Shown: positions 20,560-31,684 of the stretch, in pieces
How the letters are laid out: the number at the start of each line of letters is the position of its first letter
Position numbering within the stretch: position 1 is the stretch's first letter
NCBI GenBank assembly: GCA_049515895.1
Contig: JBEKTQ010000008.1
Location: 45,241-109,240, forward strand
DNA: 64,000 nt
Source: Candidatus Bathyarchaeia archaeon
GTDB lineage: Archaea; Thermoproteota; Bathyarchaeia; Bathyarchaeales; Bathycorpusculaceae
Direction of reading: 5' to 3'
Position numbers and translations under genes: made by a program
Notes under the pieces: model-generated
What the model was told of the DNA's origin: nothing
The model's database searches: none
Seen by the model: only the letters and a program-made list of their open reading frames with translations

Positions 20560-21235
20560 GCTTGGGTTTAGCTTTCGTAAGTATGTCTGGTTTGTCGCTT
20601 GTGATGCCGTCCACGCCTTTCTTGGCGTACAATTCGACTTCCTCGGGGTTGTTTATGGTCCAAACTACCACTTTCAGACCGTTCTCGTGAGCTTTCTCAA
20701 CGTTAGCCGTATGCACGAACCGGTACAGAGCGACAAGATAGTTGGCTTTCAGATCCAGCGCCGCTTTTAGAGGATTCTTGTGTTTCGCGTAAATCAACCC
20801 CGTCTCTATGTCACCGTCTAATTCTCTGACTTTCCGGAGCGCATCTTCCAAGAAAGAAACGACCACAACGTTCTTCTCCAAGTTCCTATCGTGCACAACC
20901 GAGAGCACCTGTTTCTCAATGCCGTCTTCCTTCAACTCCACAAAAACTTTGACCTTCTTATCCAGAAAATCCAAAGCTTCCTCCAACGTCGGAATCTTCT
21001 CGCCACCCTCAGAGGAAAACTCCTTGATTTCCTTAAGCGTTAGCTCGCTCACCAAGCCTTCGCCGTTCGTTGTCCGCTTAACGTCTGCGTCGTGGATTAC
21101 GACAAGCTGGTTATCCTTTGTTTTCCTAACGTCTAACTCGACTGCGTCTACACCGATTTCAAGCGCTTTCCTGAAACTTGCCAGTGTGTTTTCAGGCGCA
21201 TAAGCTCTAGCGCCCCTGTGGCCAATACGTAACAT
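20549..21235 (-). CDS. Glycerophosphodiester phosphodiesterase
   Basis: GHRGA, PENTL, VELDV, IHD, WTIN. Confidence 0.93.
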   Translation of the reverse strand: MLRIGHRGARAYAPENTLASFRKALEIGVDAVELDVRKTKDNQLVVIHDADVKRTTNGEGLVSELTLKEIKEFSSEGGEKIPTLEEALDFLDKKVKVFVELKEDGIEKQVLSVVHDRNLEKNVVVVSFLEDALRKVRELDGDIETGLIYAKHKNPLKAALDLKANYLVALYRFVHTANVEKAHENGLKVVVWTINNPEEVELYAKKGVDGITSDKPDILTKAKPKPNA

Positions 21236-21355
21236 AATAGACTGTTTCAACAAGAAGGAATAATATGTTTTGGCGAACAAGAGTAGAGTTCCAACCTATA
21301 GGTCGAAAGCTTAAAATCTTGATTAATCAGTGAAAAGCATGGAGCAGAGCAACCG

Positions 21356-21805
21356 ATGTCTTCTCGGCAGGAAATGGTTTTGAGTCCAATCGGATATGTT
21401 AAAACCGACGCGGTCGGCAACGATGTTAAAGATAAAACGAGAGTTTCAAAAATCATACTCAACTCCGAGTTATTAGAAGCCTTGGATGGTATTGATGGCT
21501 TTTCACATGTGTTTGTGCTTTTTTGGCTCAACGAGGTAACCAGCCAGCATCGGGCTCTAAAGTTTCATCCAAGGGGTAGAATGGATATGCCTCTTCTGGG
21601 TGTTTTCGCGCTTAGAACTAACCAACGACCAAACCCAATCGGATTAACGCTTGTTGAACTCCTAAAGGTCGAAGGCAACATCTTGACTGTTCGCGGCTTG
21701 GACGCCTATAACGGAACGCCAGTCTTGGATATCAAACCCTTCGACTCTTGGGACTGCGCCGCAAACGCAAAGGTTCCTGACTGGTGGATTAAACTAAACC
21801 AGTAA
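21356..21805 (+). CDS. tsaA: TsaA/TrmO-like tRNA methyltransferase
   Basis: PIGYV, GVFALR..RPNPIGL, GTPVLDIKP. Confidence 0.88.
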   Translation: MSSRQEMVLSPIGYVKTDAVGNDVKDKTRVSKIILNSELLEALDGIDGFSHVFVLFWLNEVTSQHRALKFHPRGRMDMPLLGVFALRTNQRPNPIGLTLVELLKVEGNILTVRGLDAYNGTPVLDIKPFDSWDCAANAKVPDWWIKLNQ

Positions 21806-21814
21806 AAACCTAAA

Positions 21815-22321
21815 CTAAAGCAGACCTTCTATTCCATACTTTGCATCAAAAACCTTCAAAAGTTCTTTTCTAAGGTCTTCGCCCTTCAAATCTGCAGCCG
21901 CAACGCGCTCAAATTCGCTGGCAAGCTCAGAGTCCTTCCAAACATCTTTGAACCAGTTTCCAAAGTCGCCACGGTAAAAGTGGAACTCAATGGATTCAAC
22001 ACTGATCTGTTTGATAACTCTGTAAAACTGGTCAAGTGACTCAGCAGTAAATTCTGAAGGTCGATCGATACCGAAATAGAAGTGGAAGGCACTCTCTTTC
22101 GGAACAGGCGTGAAGACTTTAAGGGCTGCTTTTCCCTTTTGAGTTATCCCGTAGCCGCTTCCGACCTTCTGCAAAAAGCCCTCTTTAGCGAGCTCTTGGA
22201 TCTGATGGATAGCCTGGTCCGGGGTCGAATTGACTTTTTGAGCAAACATAGCCAAATCCATGCGGCTTGTGATTTCGCTCAGCGCTTTTAGAACTTTAAA
22301 CTGGTCTTCTTTCAAGAGCAT
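21815..22321 (-). CDS. wHTH plus DUF5752-like protein
   Basis: N-terminal wHTH; FHFY..AESL...SIEFH...DFGNW. Confidence 0.65.
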   Translation of the reverse strand: MLLKEDQFKVLKALSEITSRMDLAMFAQKVNSTPDQAIHQIQELAKEGFLQKVGSGYGITQKGKAALKVFTPVPKESAFHFYFGIDRPSEFTAESLDQFYRVIKQISVESIEFHFYRGDFGNWFKDVWKDSELASEFERVAAADLKGEDLRKELLKVFDAKYGIEGLL

Positions 22322-22538
22322 CCCTACTTGACAGTATGTCGAACGGAAATTTAAACCTCTTAATCGCTCACTGCGTAAGAAAGATAAGTGTTCACATGGC
22401 TAGAGCTCATTTAAGAGCTTTCAGTCTAAGAGAAAATGAAATCAAAAGCAATAGAAAATAAAACACTATATAGATTACGCTGGGTACCCCTAAAAATCTC
22501 TACTCCTTCTTAAAGAACTAGAACAAGGAGGCAAAACC

Positions 22539-22673
22539 ATGTGCAATTTACCAATCCAAATTCATGATGACACAGAAACAAGAATTGCTGCAAAAAAAGC
22601 GAAAACATCCAAACAAAACGATCTGGAGATTTCTATATCTCACCTAGTGACTCTGTACCCCGTAGTTAACTAG
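22539..22673 (+). CDS. Small 44-aa protein MCNLPIQIHDDTETRIAAKKAKTSKQNDLEISISHLVTLYPVVN (not in ORF track)
   Basis: GGAGG SD upstream, ATG start, oligo-T tract just downstream. Confidence 0.55.
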   Translation: MCNLPIQIHDDTETRIAAKKAKTSKQNDLEISISHLVTLYPVVN

Positions 22674-22800
22674 CATGCATTCTTATTTTTTTTAGCCCTG
22701 AACATTCGTCAAACATTTTTGGTGCTATAAGCGCCGGTGAGCTTCGGCAAACAGGTTTCTGAACATGTAAGTTTTTATCCCTAAAAATCGACTTTACCTA

Positions 22801-23136
22801 GTGAAAAGTATGAGCGATTACATCATCATATTGGTTACTGCGAAAGACAGGGAGGAAGCTGATAAGATTTCGCAGTTGCTTGTGAAGGAACGTTTGATCG
22901 CTTGCGCGAACATTGTTAATCCAGTGTCTTCGTTTTTTCATTGGGTTGGGAATATTGAGAAGGCGGAGGAGTGCTTGATTGTTATGAAGTCGCGCAGGGA
23001 TTTGTTTGCCGAGGTTGTAGGGCATGTTAAGCGTTTGCATAGTTATGAGGTTCCTGAGGTTTTGGCTGTTCCGATTGTTGATGGGTCGAAGGCGTATTTG
23101 GATTGGATGAGTGTTGTGCTTAAGCCCAAGCTATAA
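22801..23136 (+). CDS. cutA: Divalent-cation tolerance protein CutA
   Basis: LIACAN, HSYEVPE, YLDW. Confidence 0.93.
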   Translation: MKSMSDYIIILVTAKDREEADKISQLLVKERLIACANIVNPVSSFFHWVGNIEKAEECLIVMKSRRDLFAEVVGHVKRLHSYEVPEVLAVPIVDGSKAYLDWMSVVLKPKL

Positions 23137-23211
23137 TGTACGTTTTTGTGCAGATAAGCCTTAAATAATACATTGAAGTATGTTTCTGAACCATAGGGAG
23201 CTCAAATCTAA

Positions 23212-23259
23212 ATGAGGAATTACATTTGGCGCAGCCGCCACACAAACCAAACCAGCTAA
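23212..23259 (+). CDS. trpE leader u[18 protein letters not shown] containing one Trp codon; the trpE frame is +1 relative to it
   Basis: ATG AGG AAT TAC ATT TGG CGC...TAA; GGGAG upstream; first ATG after the TATA-like box near 23160. Confidence 0.6.
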   Translation: MRNYIWRSRHTNQTS

Positions 23260-24625
23260 CCCCCTAAAAATAAAGAAAATCACCCTAAAAGAGCAACCCC
23301 TCGAAATATTCTCAAGACTCCAAAAAAAATACCGAACAGCCTATCTTTTGGAGTCAATCGAAGGACCGAAAAAGCTTGCACAGTACTCATTCATCGGGTT
23401 CGACCCAAAAATAACCATAATAGCCAAAAACGGCAAAGCCAAAATCAAAAACGAAAAAACAGGCGAAACAACCACTGAGAAAACAAGCGACCCACTCCAA
23501 ACTTTAGAACGCCTCCTCAAAGAAGAAGCGGTTCCAAACACAGAATTCCGATTTGTAGGCGGAGCAGTCGGCTACATTTCTTATGACTCCGTCCGTTACT
23601 GGGAACGCCTGCCCCAGACCAGCGTGGATGACCTCTGCTTTCCCGACTTGGAAATGGGCATATTTGACAACGGCTTTGTTTTCAATCATGTAGAGAAACA
23701 GGCCTTTTACTATTACCGTGGCGAGAATCGGCTGACTGAAGTTGAAGGACTACTCAGGCAACAAATCGATCCGGAGCAGTTGTGGTACACGCAACCTAAA
23801 GTAAACATTAAAAAAGAAACGTATGAAGCCGCGGTGGAAAAAGCGAAGCAATACATAACGGCAGGCGATATTTTCCAAGTTGTCCCATCAAAAAGATACC
23901 AGTTCCAAATAAAGGGTAACCTAATCCCGTTCTACCAGACGTTAAGAACCATTAACCCTTCGCCATACATGTATTACTACACTTCAGGCGAACGCCAAAT
24001 TGTTGGCGCTAGTCCAGAAATGCTTGTCCGCGTCGAGAAAAGAACCGTCGAAACCTTCCCGATTGCAGGCACCCGACCTGTCGTCGAGAACCCAGACGAG
24101 AATAGTAAGTTGGTCGCTGAGTTGCTTGCCGACCCCAAGGAACGCGCCGAACACGTCATGCTTGTCGATTTGGCACGCAACGACGTCGGAAGAATCAGCA
24201 AATATGGAAGCGTCCACGTACCCGAGTTCATGCAGGTCCACCAGTACAGTCACGTGCAACATATAGTCTCCCGAGTAGTGGGGCACCTCAAGGACGGCCT
24301 TCAAAGCTACGATGCCTTACGCGCTGTTTTTCCAGCGGGAACAGTTTCTGGAGCTCCAAAGGTGCGAGCAATGGAAATCATCGATGAACTTGAACCAGTG
24401 AGGCGTGGGCCATACGCTGGAGCCGTTGGCTACTTCTCCTACAACGGCAACGCAGATTTTGCCATAACAATCCGAACCCTCTTCGCACAAAAGAACCAAG
24501 CGTACATTCAAGCAGGCGGTGGAATCGTGGCTGACTCAGTGCCTGAGCAGGAGTGGTTTGAAACCGAGCACAAAGCAAGGGCGCTGATGCAGGCGCTGGA
24601 GCAGGCTGGAGGCACAGGACAATGA
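23216..24625 (+). CDS. trpE: Anthranilate synthase component I (frame open from 23216; no ATG/GTG/TTG before 23348)
   Basis: [36 protein letters not shown]. Confidence 0.95.
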   Translation, partial: GITFGAAATQTKPANPLKIKKITLKEQPLEIFSRLQKKYRTAYLLESIEGPKKLAQYSFIGFDPKITIIAKNGKAKIKNEKTGETTTEKTSDPLQTLERLLKEEAVPNTEFRFVGGAVGYISYDSVRYWERLPQTSVDDLCFPDLEMGIFDNGFVFNHVEKQAFYYYRGENRLTEVEGLLRQQIDPEQLWYTQPKVNIKKETYEAAVEKAKQYITAGDIFQVVPSKRYQFQIKGNLIPFYQTLRTINPSPYMYYYTSGERQIVGASPEMLVRVEKRTVETFPIAGTRPVVENPDENSKLVAELLADPKERAEHVMLVDLARNDVGRISKYGSVHVPEFMQVHQYSHVQHIVSRVVGHLKDGLQSYDALRAVFPAGTVSGAPKVRAMEIIDELEPVRRGPYAGAVGYFSYNGNADFAITIRTLFAQKNQAYIQAGGGIVADSVPEQEWFETEHKARALMQALEQAGGTGQ

Positions 24626-25209
24626 AGGTGCTAGTAATTGACAATTACGATTCGTTTGTTTACAACCTTGTTCAGTACATCGGCGAACTAGGCGGTGAAC
24701 CTGTGGTCTATAGAAACGACAAGGTAACCTTGGACCAGTTGAATGCGCTTAAATCTGACAGAATTGTGATTTCGCCAGGTCCAGGCATGCCTGAAGACGA
24801 GCGTTACTTTGGGGTCTGCACAAGAATCCTGCAAACCATGAGTCGAACAACGCCGACCTTGGGAGTGTGTCTTGGCCATCAGGGAATAATCCACGCTTAC
24901 GGCGGAAAAATCATCCATGCCAAACGTCTCATGCACGGAAAAACCTGCACTATAAAGCATGACCAAAAGGGGATCTTCGCAGATGTCCGCAACCCCTTCA
25001 CTTCGATACGGTACCATTCGCTTGCTGGAGAACGCTACTCTTTGCCGTCGTGCCTGAAAATTTCGGCAGAGTGCGTTGAAGACGGGGAAATAATGGGTGT
25101 CCGCCACGTCAAGTACCCGATTAACGGCGTCCAGTTCCACCCTGAATCAATCCTATGTGAGGACGGCAAGCTCATTATCAAGAACTTCTTGGAGGGCAAT
25201 CAGCTATGA
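24622..25209 (+). CDS. trpG: Anthranilate synthase component II (glutamine amidotransferase)
   Basis: IDNYDSF, SPGPG, GVCLGHQ, QFHPES. Confidence 0.96.
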   Translation: MKVLVIDNYDSFVYNLVQYIGELGGEPVVYRNDKVTLDQLNALKSDRIVISPGPGMPEDERYFGVCTRILQTMSRTTPTLGVCLGHQGIIHAYGGKIIHAKRLMHGKTCTIKHDQKGIFADVRNPFTSIRYHSLAGERYSLPSCLKISAECVEDGEIMGVRHVKYPINGVQFHPESILCEDGKLIIKNFLEGNQL

Positions 25210-26267
25210 TTCGGGAAGGCATTCAGAAACTCATCGAAGGCATCAGCTTAACCAGCGTCGAGTCAGGCGAAATCATGCGTGAAGTCATGTCGGGGCAGGC
25301 AACAAACTCACAAACCGCCGCGTTCTTGACCGCTCTACGGATAAAGGGTGAGGCAGTCGAAGAGCTTATCGCCTTTGCGTCAGTCATGCGTGAACAAAGC
25401 ACTCAAATTCATCCCTGTGTGATGGGCCGCCTCGTGGATACCTGCGGGACGGGCGGAGATAAAATAAAAACTTTCAACGTGAGCACGGCAGCTGCCTTCG
25501 TGATTGCTGGAGCAGGTGTTTCGGTTGCCAAGCATGGAAACAGGTCAGTGACCAGTAAATGCGGAAGTGCCGATGTGCTGGAAAAACTTGGGTTAAACCT
25601 GTTTTCCGAGCCTAAAGTGGTCGAAGCCATGATTGAAAAGGTCGGGGTTGGCTTCATGTTTGCGCCAGCATTCCATCCAGCCATGAAGTACGCGGCTGAG
25701 ACCAGACGGGAAATTGGCATCCGAACCGTATTCAACCTTCTCGGACCATTAACAAACCCCGCAAGCGCCAACGCTCAACTACTCGGTGTGTACGACCCCA
25801 AACTCACCGTTCCTCTGGCATACGCGTTGGGTCGGCTAGGATGCGAAGAAGCCATGGTTGTCCACGGGTTAGATGGTCTGGACGAGATTTCAACTGTTGG
25901 TAAGACGGCGGTTGCGTGGTTGAAGGATGGCAAAGTCACGGAACTGGAAACTTCTCCACGAGACTTTGGCGTAAAGCAGGCAAGCGTCGCCGATTTGAAG
26001 GTGTCCTCAGCTGAGGAAAGCGCGGACGCATTCTTCAGAATACTAAGCGGCAAAGTAGTAGCCGACGACTCGAAAATGGAGTTTGTGCTCGTTAACAGTG
26101 CGGCGGGAATTATCTTGGGCGGGAAAGCGGATGACTTCTTGGGCGGCATGGAGATAGCCCGCAAGTCAATAATGAGCGGCGCAGCCTACGACAGGCTAAA
26201 AAAGTTGATTGAGGCTTCGGGCGGAAACCCTTCTAAACTTGAGGAGTATGAAGCCAAGTATGAGTGA
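25206..26267 (+). CDS. trpD: Anthranilate phosphoribosyltransferase
   Basis: DTCGTGGD, KHGNRS, GLDE. Confidence 0.96.
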   Translation: MIREGIQKLIEGISLTSVESGEIMREVMSGQATNSQTAAFLTALRIKGEAVEELIAFASVMREQSTQIHPCVMGRLVDTCGTGGDKIKTFNVSTAAAFVIAGAGVSVAKHGNRSVTSKCGSADVLEKLGLNLFSEPKVVEAMIEKVGVGFMFAPAFHPAMKYAAETRREIGIRTVFNLLGPLTNPASANAQLLGVYDPKLTVPLAYALGRLGCEEAMVVHGLDGLDEISTVGKTAVAWLKDGKVTELETSPRDFGVKQASVADLKVSSAEESADAFFRILSGKVVADDSKMEFVLVNSAAGIILGGKADDFLGGMEIARKSIMSGAAYDRLKKLIEASGGNPSKLEEYEAKYE

Positions 26268-27039
26268 CTACCTTGATGTATTGGCGCGTGTCGCCCAAGT
26301 AACCATTGATAGCGAATACTACGAGATGGCAAAATCCGCAGACACTATGCACCTGAGCCTGCGCAAAGCGATTTTGCAAAGCCAAAACGTGCCGGTTATA
26401 GCAGAAATCAAAGCTGCTTCCCCTTCAGCAGGGGTAATCAAGAAGGACCTTAATCCCGGCGAGGTTGCGCGAGCGATGCAGAGAGGCGGAGCGGTAGCTT
26501 TGTCAGTTTTAACTGAGCCGAAACATTTCGACGGTAGTTTGGAAGCTTTAGCCGCTGCAAGAGAAGCAGTGGAAATTCCGCTTCTAATGAAAGACATTGT
26601 TCTCAGCCCCGTGCAGGTTTATGCTGCAGGGAAAATGGGAGCCAACGCGGTCCTTCTGATTAAGGCGCTTTTTGACCGTGGCTACTGCGAAAAAACCCTC
26701 GACGAAATGATTGATGGAGCCCACATCCTGGGGCTTGAGGTTCTGCTTGAAACCCACACTGAGGCAGAGTTTCAATCAGCTGTGAAGGCAAACGCGGATT
26801 TGATTGGAATAAATAACCGTGACCTTGCGACCTTTAAGGTAGATTTGAACGTGACAAAAAACATTTTAGAGAAAAACGGTTCAAACGGCAAACCAGTGAT
26901 AAGTGAAAGCGGAATAAAAACACCTGCCGACATACATTTCCTCCGTGAAAGCGGCGCCAGTGCTTTCCTAGTTGGATCAGCTATCATGTCAAGCAGCAAC
27001 GTGGAAGGAAAAGTCAAGGAGTTTGTAGAGGCAAAATGA
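26260..27039 (+). CDS. trpC: Indole-3-glycerol phosphate synthase
   Basis: [27 protein letters not shown]. Confidence 0.95.
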   Translation: MSDYLDVLARVAQVTIDSEYYEMAKSADTMHLSLRKAILQSQNVPVIAEIKAASPSAGVIKKDLNPGEVARAMQRGGAVALSVLTEPKHFDGSLEALAAAREAVEIPLLMKDIVLSPVQVYAAGKMGANAVLLIKALFDRGYCEKTLDEMIDGAHILGLEVLLETHTEAEFQSAVKANADLIGINNRDLATFKVDLNVTKNILEKNGSNGKPVISESGIKTPADIHFLRESGASAFLVGSAIMSSSNVEGKVKEFVEAK

Positions 27040-28232
27040 AGTTAACCGAATATCCAGTAGACGGAAAATACGGCAAGTACGGCGGACGCTTCGTTCCCGA
27101 AATCCTAATGGAAGCAATCAAGGAGCTTGAAGAAGCCTATGAAAAAGCGAAAAAAGACCCCGCCTTCCACAAACAGCTCGATTATTACCTGGCAGATTTC
27201 GCTGGGCGACCCACACCGCTGTACTACGCTGAAAACCTATCGAGGGAACTGGGCGGCGCCAAAATCTACTTAAAACGCGAAGACCTCGCCCACGGCGGCG
27301 CACACAAAATCAACAACACTTTGGGGCAGGCGCTGCTAGCTAAGCGAATGGGCAAGACGCGAGTAATCGCTGAGACAGGAGCAGGTCAGCATGGCGTGGC
27401 AACCGCCATTGCGTGCGCTGCCTTAGGGTTGCGGGCTGAAGTTTATATGGGCACAGAAGACTGCGAGCGTCAGCGTCTGAACGTTTTCCGTATGAAGCTT
27501 CTTAACGCGCAGGTACATCCTGTGGAGACAGGCTCAAAAACGCTTAAAGACTCGATAAACGAAGCCTTCCGCGATTGGGTAACCAACTTGGAAAGCACCT
27601 ATTACCTGATCGGCTCCGTCGTCGGACCTCACCCGTACCCGATGATGGTTCGAGATTTCCAAAGCGTCATAGGCAAGGAACTCAAAGATCAATTCCAAAG
27701 AAAAGAAGGCGGCCTTCCAAACGCGCTGGTCGCATGCGTGGGCGGCGGAAGCAACGCAATAGGCACGTTCTACCCGTTCGAAGACGACTTGGAAGTTGCG
27801 CTGTACGGGGTGGAAGCGGCAGGTGAAGGTTTGGAAACGGGCAAGCACGCGGCGTCTCTTGGCGCTGGAGCCGAAGGGGTCTTCCACGGCATGCTAACCT
27901 ATGTTTTGCAGGACAGCAACGGGCAAATCCAGAACACAAGCAGCGTTTCAGCGGGCTTAGATTACCCAGGCGTTGGACCCGAACTCTCCTTCCTCAAAAC
28001 ACTCAAAAGAGCACAGTACACTTCAGCCACTGACAAGGAAGCCGTGGAAGCTTTCCTGACCCTATCCAGAGAAGAGGGAATCCTACCGGCTTTAGAGTCA
28101 GCGCACGCCGTAGCTTACGCAATGAAACTTGCCTCGAAAATGAAGAAGAACCAATCAATCGTAGTGACTCTTTCCGGACGCGGGGATAAGGATGTCGAAA
28201 CAATCGCTGACTACATAGGTGCGAAAATATGA
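27036..28232 (+). CDS. trpB: Tryptophan synthase beta (TrpB1)
   Basis: [25 protein letters not shown]. Confidence 0.97.
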   Translation: MKLTEYPVDGKYGKYGGRFVPEILMEAIKELEEAYEKAKKDPAFHKQLDYYLADFAGRPTPLYYAENLSRELGGAKIYLKREDLAHGGAHKINNTLGQALLAKRMGKTRVIAETGAGQHGVATAIACAALGLRAEVYMGTEDCERQRLNVFRMKLLNAQVHPVETGSKTLKDSINEAFRDWVTNLESTYYLIGSVVGPHPYPMMVRDFQSVIGKELKDQFQRKEGGLPNALVACVGGGSNAIGTFYPFEDDLEVALYGVEAAGEGLETGKHAASLGAGAEGVFHGMLTYVLQDSNGQIQNTSSVSAGLDYPGVGPELSFLKTLKRAQYTSATDKEAVEAFLTLSREEGILPALESAHAVAYAMKLASKMKKNQSIVVTLSGRGDKDVETIADYIGAKI

Positions 28233-29047
28233 ACGCGATTGCAAAGGCATTCCAAAAAACCAAAGAAGGGGGAAACGGCGCCCTAATCGGCTACGTCACC
28301 GCAGGAGACCCCACACCCGAGTTGACACCCAAAATCGCTGACGCCCTAATCCAAGGCGGAGTAGACATCTTGGAACTCGGGTTACCGTTTTCTGACCCTA
28401 TAGCCGATGGACCCACAATTCAGGCGGCGAGCGTTCGAGCACTGGTTGCGGGAACAACGCCCCTAAAAGTGCTGCAGATTGCAAAAGAGATACGCAAAAG
28501 CCACGAGACGCCAATTGTAATAATGACCTACTACAATCCAGTCTTCAGAACTGGGTTGGAGAAATTTTGTCGTCTATCCAAGGAATTCATGGTGGACGGT
28601 GTCATTGTTCCCGACTTGCCGGTTGAAGAATCCGGCGACTACAAAAAGGCAGCGGCAAAGTTTGGGTTGGACACGATTTTCTTGGCCGCGCCGTCCACAA
28701 CCCCTGAGCGGCTTAAGGCTATTGTTCAGTGTTCCTCGGGCTTTCTTTACCTTGTTTCTCACTTTGGCGTGACGGGAGCCAAAACTGCAGTAGAAGATTC
28801 AACAATTCAACTCATCAAACGAGTTCTGCCAGTTACTTCAGGAAAGATCAATCTGGCAGTCGGCTTCGGAGTCTCAAAACCGCAACATGTAAAACGAATC
28901 GTTGCCGCAGGAGCTGACGGCGTAATCGTTGGAAGCGCCTTCATCGACCTAATCCAAAAAACCCAGGACGACACTGTCGCCATGCTTAAGGAGTTGGAGG
29001 CAGTAGCCTCAGAAATGAAAAAAGCCACAAAAATATTGGAAAAGTAA
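28229..29047 (+). CDS. trpA: Tryptophan synthase alpha
   Basis: [27 protein letters not shown]. Confidence 0.97.
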   Translation: MNAIAKAFQKTKEGGNGALIGYVTAGDPTPELTPKIADALIQGGVDILELGLPFSDPIADGPTIQAASVRALVAGTTPLKVLQIAKEIRKSHETPIVIMTYYNPVFRTGLEKFCRLSKEFMVDGVIVPDLPVEESGDYKKAAAKFGLDTIFLAAPSTTPERLKAIVQCSSGFLYLVSHFGVTGAKTAVEDSTIQLIKRVLPVTSGKINLAVGFGVSKPQHVKRIVAAGADGVIVGSAFIDLIQKTQDDTVAMLKELEAVASEMKKATKILEK

Positions 29048-29055
29048 AGAGCCGC

Positions 29056-31554
29056 TTAAGTTTTCTGGCTGGCGACTAGGGGCTGATATTCCGCAACGAA
29101 GTGAACATTTGGGAACTGTGTCAACGCTCTACCCGCTCCTTCGGAAGGCAGAACCCTTAGGTTTTCCACTTTGCAGGCGCCGCAAATGTCCACTAACCCG
29201 TTTCTGATCGCTTCGGCTGCCGATTCTTCACCAGCGTAAACCTTTAGGATTTTGACGGGTGTGTTGAGGGGCATGCGTTTTTCTGCTTTTTCCCGTCGAA
29301 CTTCGCCGATTAATCCCAGAACGATGTTGCCTTGCTTTTCCGCTTGCTCATCAACCATTGACTGGTTGCATTGAGGCCAAGGAGAAACGTGGAGGCTACC
29401 AAAGCCCATTGCCTTGGCGTAAATGCATTGGTATATCTCTTCAGTCAAGTGGGGAACAACAGGCGACAGAAGTTGCAGTACACGATACAAGACGTTGTAA
29501 AGGACGTGTTGAGCGGCGACTTTTTGGGCTTGCCCACCCAACTCGGGTCTGTAGAGCCTGTCTTTGACAGCTTCCAAGTAGGAATCGCAGAGCATATGCC
29601 AGGTGAAGTTGCGGATTTCTTCGACTGCAATGTTGAATTGGCATTTCTCGTAGGCTTCAGTTACTCTTTTAATGACGTTTTCAGCTTGGCTAATCATCCA
29701 TCGATCCAGAAGCTGCAAATCCATTGGCGCCTCGTTGCTGGGTTGGTAATCGCTTAGGAGTTTACTTGCGAAGCCCGATGCATTCCACAGCTTAACCAAA
29801 AATCTTCTGCCATATTCGACGTCCTGCATTCGATAGGGAATGTCAGAGCCCGTTGCGCCTCCGGCTGCTGCCCACTGTCGAATAGCGTCAGCACCATACT
29901 TGTTGAGGGCTTCAGGTGCCGCCACGTAATTCTTGAGGGATTTGCTCATTTTTCTGCCATCTTGGCCCAGCACCATCCCGTTGATGAGAACGCTTTTGAA
30001 AGGCGTTTCATCGAACAGCGCCAAATGCCTAACCATGAGATAGTAAGCCCAAGTTCGGATGATGTCAGTACCTGAAGGATGCATGCTGGCGGGAAAAAGC
30101 CGGTGCCAATCCGCGCGGTCTGGCCAACCTGCGTGCACAGCGCAGGTTATCGAGGAATCCATCCACGTATCGAAAACGTCAGGTTCGGGGGCGAATTCTT
30201 TTCCACCGCATTTGGGGCATCCGCTGATGCGCGGGACTTCAAGCTTGGGGTCGATAGGCACCCATTGCTCATCAGCGAGGATCAGTTCTCCGCATTTTTT
30301 GCAGTACCAAACTGGGATCGGTGTTGCGAAAATCCGTTGGCGGCTGATGACCCAATCCCAATCAAGCGATTTTGCCCAGTCGACAAGTCTGTTCTTCATG
30401 AAGTCAGGGTACCAATCAATCTCGTTCGCCGTTTTCTCAACTGCATCTGTCAGTTTGCGCGTTTCCATAAACCACTGCTTCCGCTCAAGGATCTCCACTT
30501 GGGCTTTGCAGCGATCGCAAACCCCGATCTCCTGACTGATTTTCTCGGTTTTCTCAATCAGGCCAGCGACCGTCAAGTCTTGGACAATGGCGGCCCGTGC
30601 TTGTTTTGTAGTTAAGCCCTGGTATTTGCCGCCGTTTTCGTTGATGCGGCCGTTCTCGGTCAGCAGTGTGATGACTGGAAGCTTGTTCTGGAGTACCGTT
30701 TTGACGTCTTCTTTGTCGCCGTAGGTGCAGATCATGACCACGCCGGTGCCGAACACTGGGTCCACACATTCATCGGAAATAACCGTTACGGGGCGATTTA
30801 CAATGGGAACGGTAATCTTCTTGCCGACGTACTTGCAATATCGCTCATCTTTCGGGTTCACTTCAATCGCCACGCAGGCGGGTATGAACTCGGGCCGTGA
30901 GGTGGCAATAGTCAGAAAATCCTGCGTTTTCGCAACTTGGAAGCGGATGTAGTGCAGAACGCCGTCGCGTTTAATGTAGTCCACTTCGGCGTCGGCTATG
31001 GCTGTTTCGTCGTGGGGGCACCAGTTGACCGGATGTGTGCCCTGGTACATGAAGCCTTTCTTATGGAGAAGAATGAAACTGAGTTGGGTTCGGCGCCAGT
31101 AGTCTGGGTCCATGGTGCGGTACTCTGTGGTCCAGTCGATGCTGCAGCCCAACTTGAGGATGCCGTCTTTCATCATGGCAATGTACTTCTCAACGAGTGC
31201 AATGCACATTTGTCGGAACTGATCGGTCGGCAATTCTCTTTTGCGTATGTTATGTGTTTTTTCAACTTGGATTTCTATTCCTAAACCGTGGCAATCCCAG
31301 CCCTGGGGAAAATGGACGTTGAACCCACGCATCCGCTTGTAGCGGGCGACCATGTCGAAGTAGGTCCAATTTAGAACGTTACCCATATGCAACTCACCCG
31401 AGGGGTAGGGCGGAGGAGTGTCTATGCTGAATGGAACACGCCGGGTGTCTTTCCAGTCGTAGCGGAAAATGCCTGTTTCGTCCCATTTCTGCTGCCATTT
31501 ACGCTCTATCTCGAGGAAATTGTATTCTTTAGGCAAGGGTTGCATCGGTTTCAC
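29056..31554 (-). CDS. valS: Valine--tRNA ligase
   Basis: DTPPPYPSG.LHMGN, DWVISRQR, KMSKS. Confidence 0.95.
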   Translation of the reverse strand: MKPMQPLPKEYNFLEIERKWQQKWDETGIFRYDWKDTRRVPFSIDTPPPYPSGELHMGNVLNWTYFDMVARYKRMRGFNVHFPQGWDCHGLGIEIQVEKTHNIRKRELPTDQFRQMCIALVEKYIAMMKDGILKLGCSIDWTTEYRTMDPDYWRRTQLSFILLHKKGFMYQGTHPVNWCPHDETAIADAEVDYIKRDGVLHYIRFQVAKTQDFLTIATSRPEFIPACVAIEVNPKDERYCKYVGKKITVPIVNRPVTVISDECVDPVFGTGVVMICTYGDKEDVKTVLQNKLPVITLLTENGRINENGGKYQGLTTKQARAAIVQDLTVAGLIEKTEKISQEIGVCDRCKAQVEILERKQWFMETRKLTDAVEKTANEIDWYPDFMKNRLVDWAKSLDWDWVISRQRIFATPIPVWYCKKCGELILADEQWVPIDPKLEVPRISGCPKCGGKEFAPEPDVFDTWMDSSITCAVHAGWPDRADWHRLFPASMHPSGTDIIRTWAYYLMVRHLALFDETPFKSVLINGMVLGQDGRKMSKSLKNYVAAPEALNKYGADAIRQWAAAGGATGSDIPYRMQDVEYGRRFLVKLWNASGFASKLLSDYQPSNEAPMDLQLLDRWMISQAENVIKRVTEAYEKCQFNIAVEEIRNFTWHMLCDSYLEAVKDRLYRPELGGQAQKVAAQHVLYNVLYRVLQLLSPVVPHLTEEIYQCIYAKAMGFGSLHVSPWPQCNQSMVDEQAEKQGNIVLGLIGEVRREKAEKRMPLNTPVKILKVYAGEESAAEAIRNGLVDICGACKVENLRVLPSEGAGRALTQFPNVHFVAEYQPLVASQKT

Positions 31555-31684
31555 TCTTCTTTTTTAATAAGTCAAGGTAAGATAATATAAACACTATATT
31601 AAGTCACCTTAGAGTTTCTCATCTCAGAATTAAGACCCGAAAGTGAATTTTGCACGAATTGTCCAAAAGGTTGCGAAGCGAAAA

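Noticed and set aside
29358-31284. Several long antisense ORFs inside valS and similarly within the trp, uvr and cys genes
   Set aside because: Shadow ORFs of well-supported genes, with no motifs of their own.
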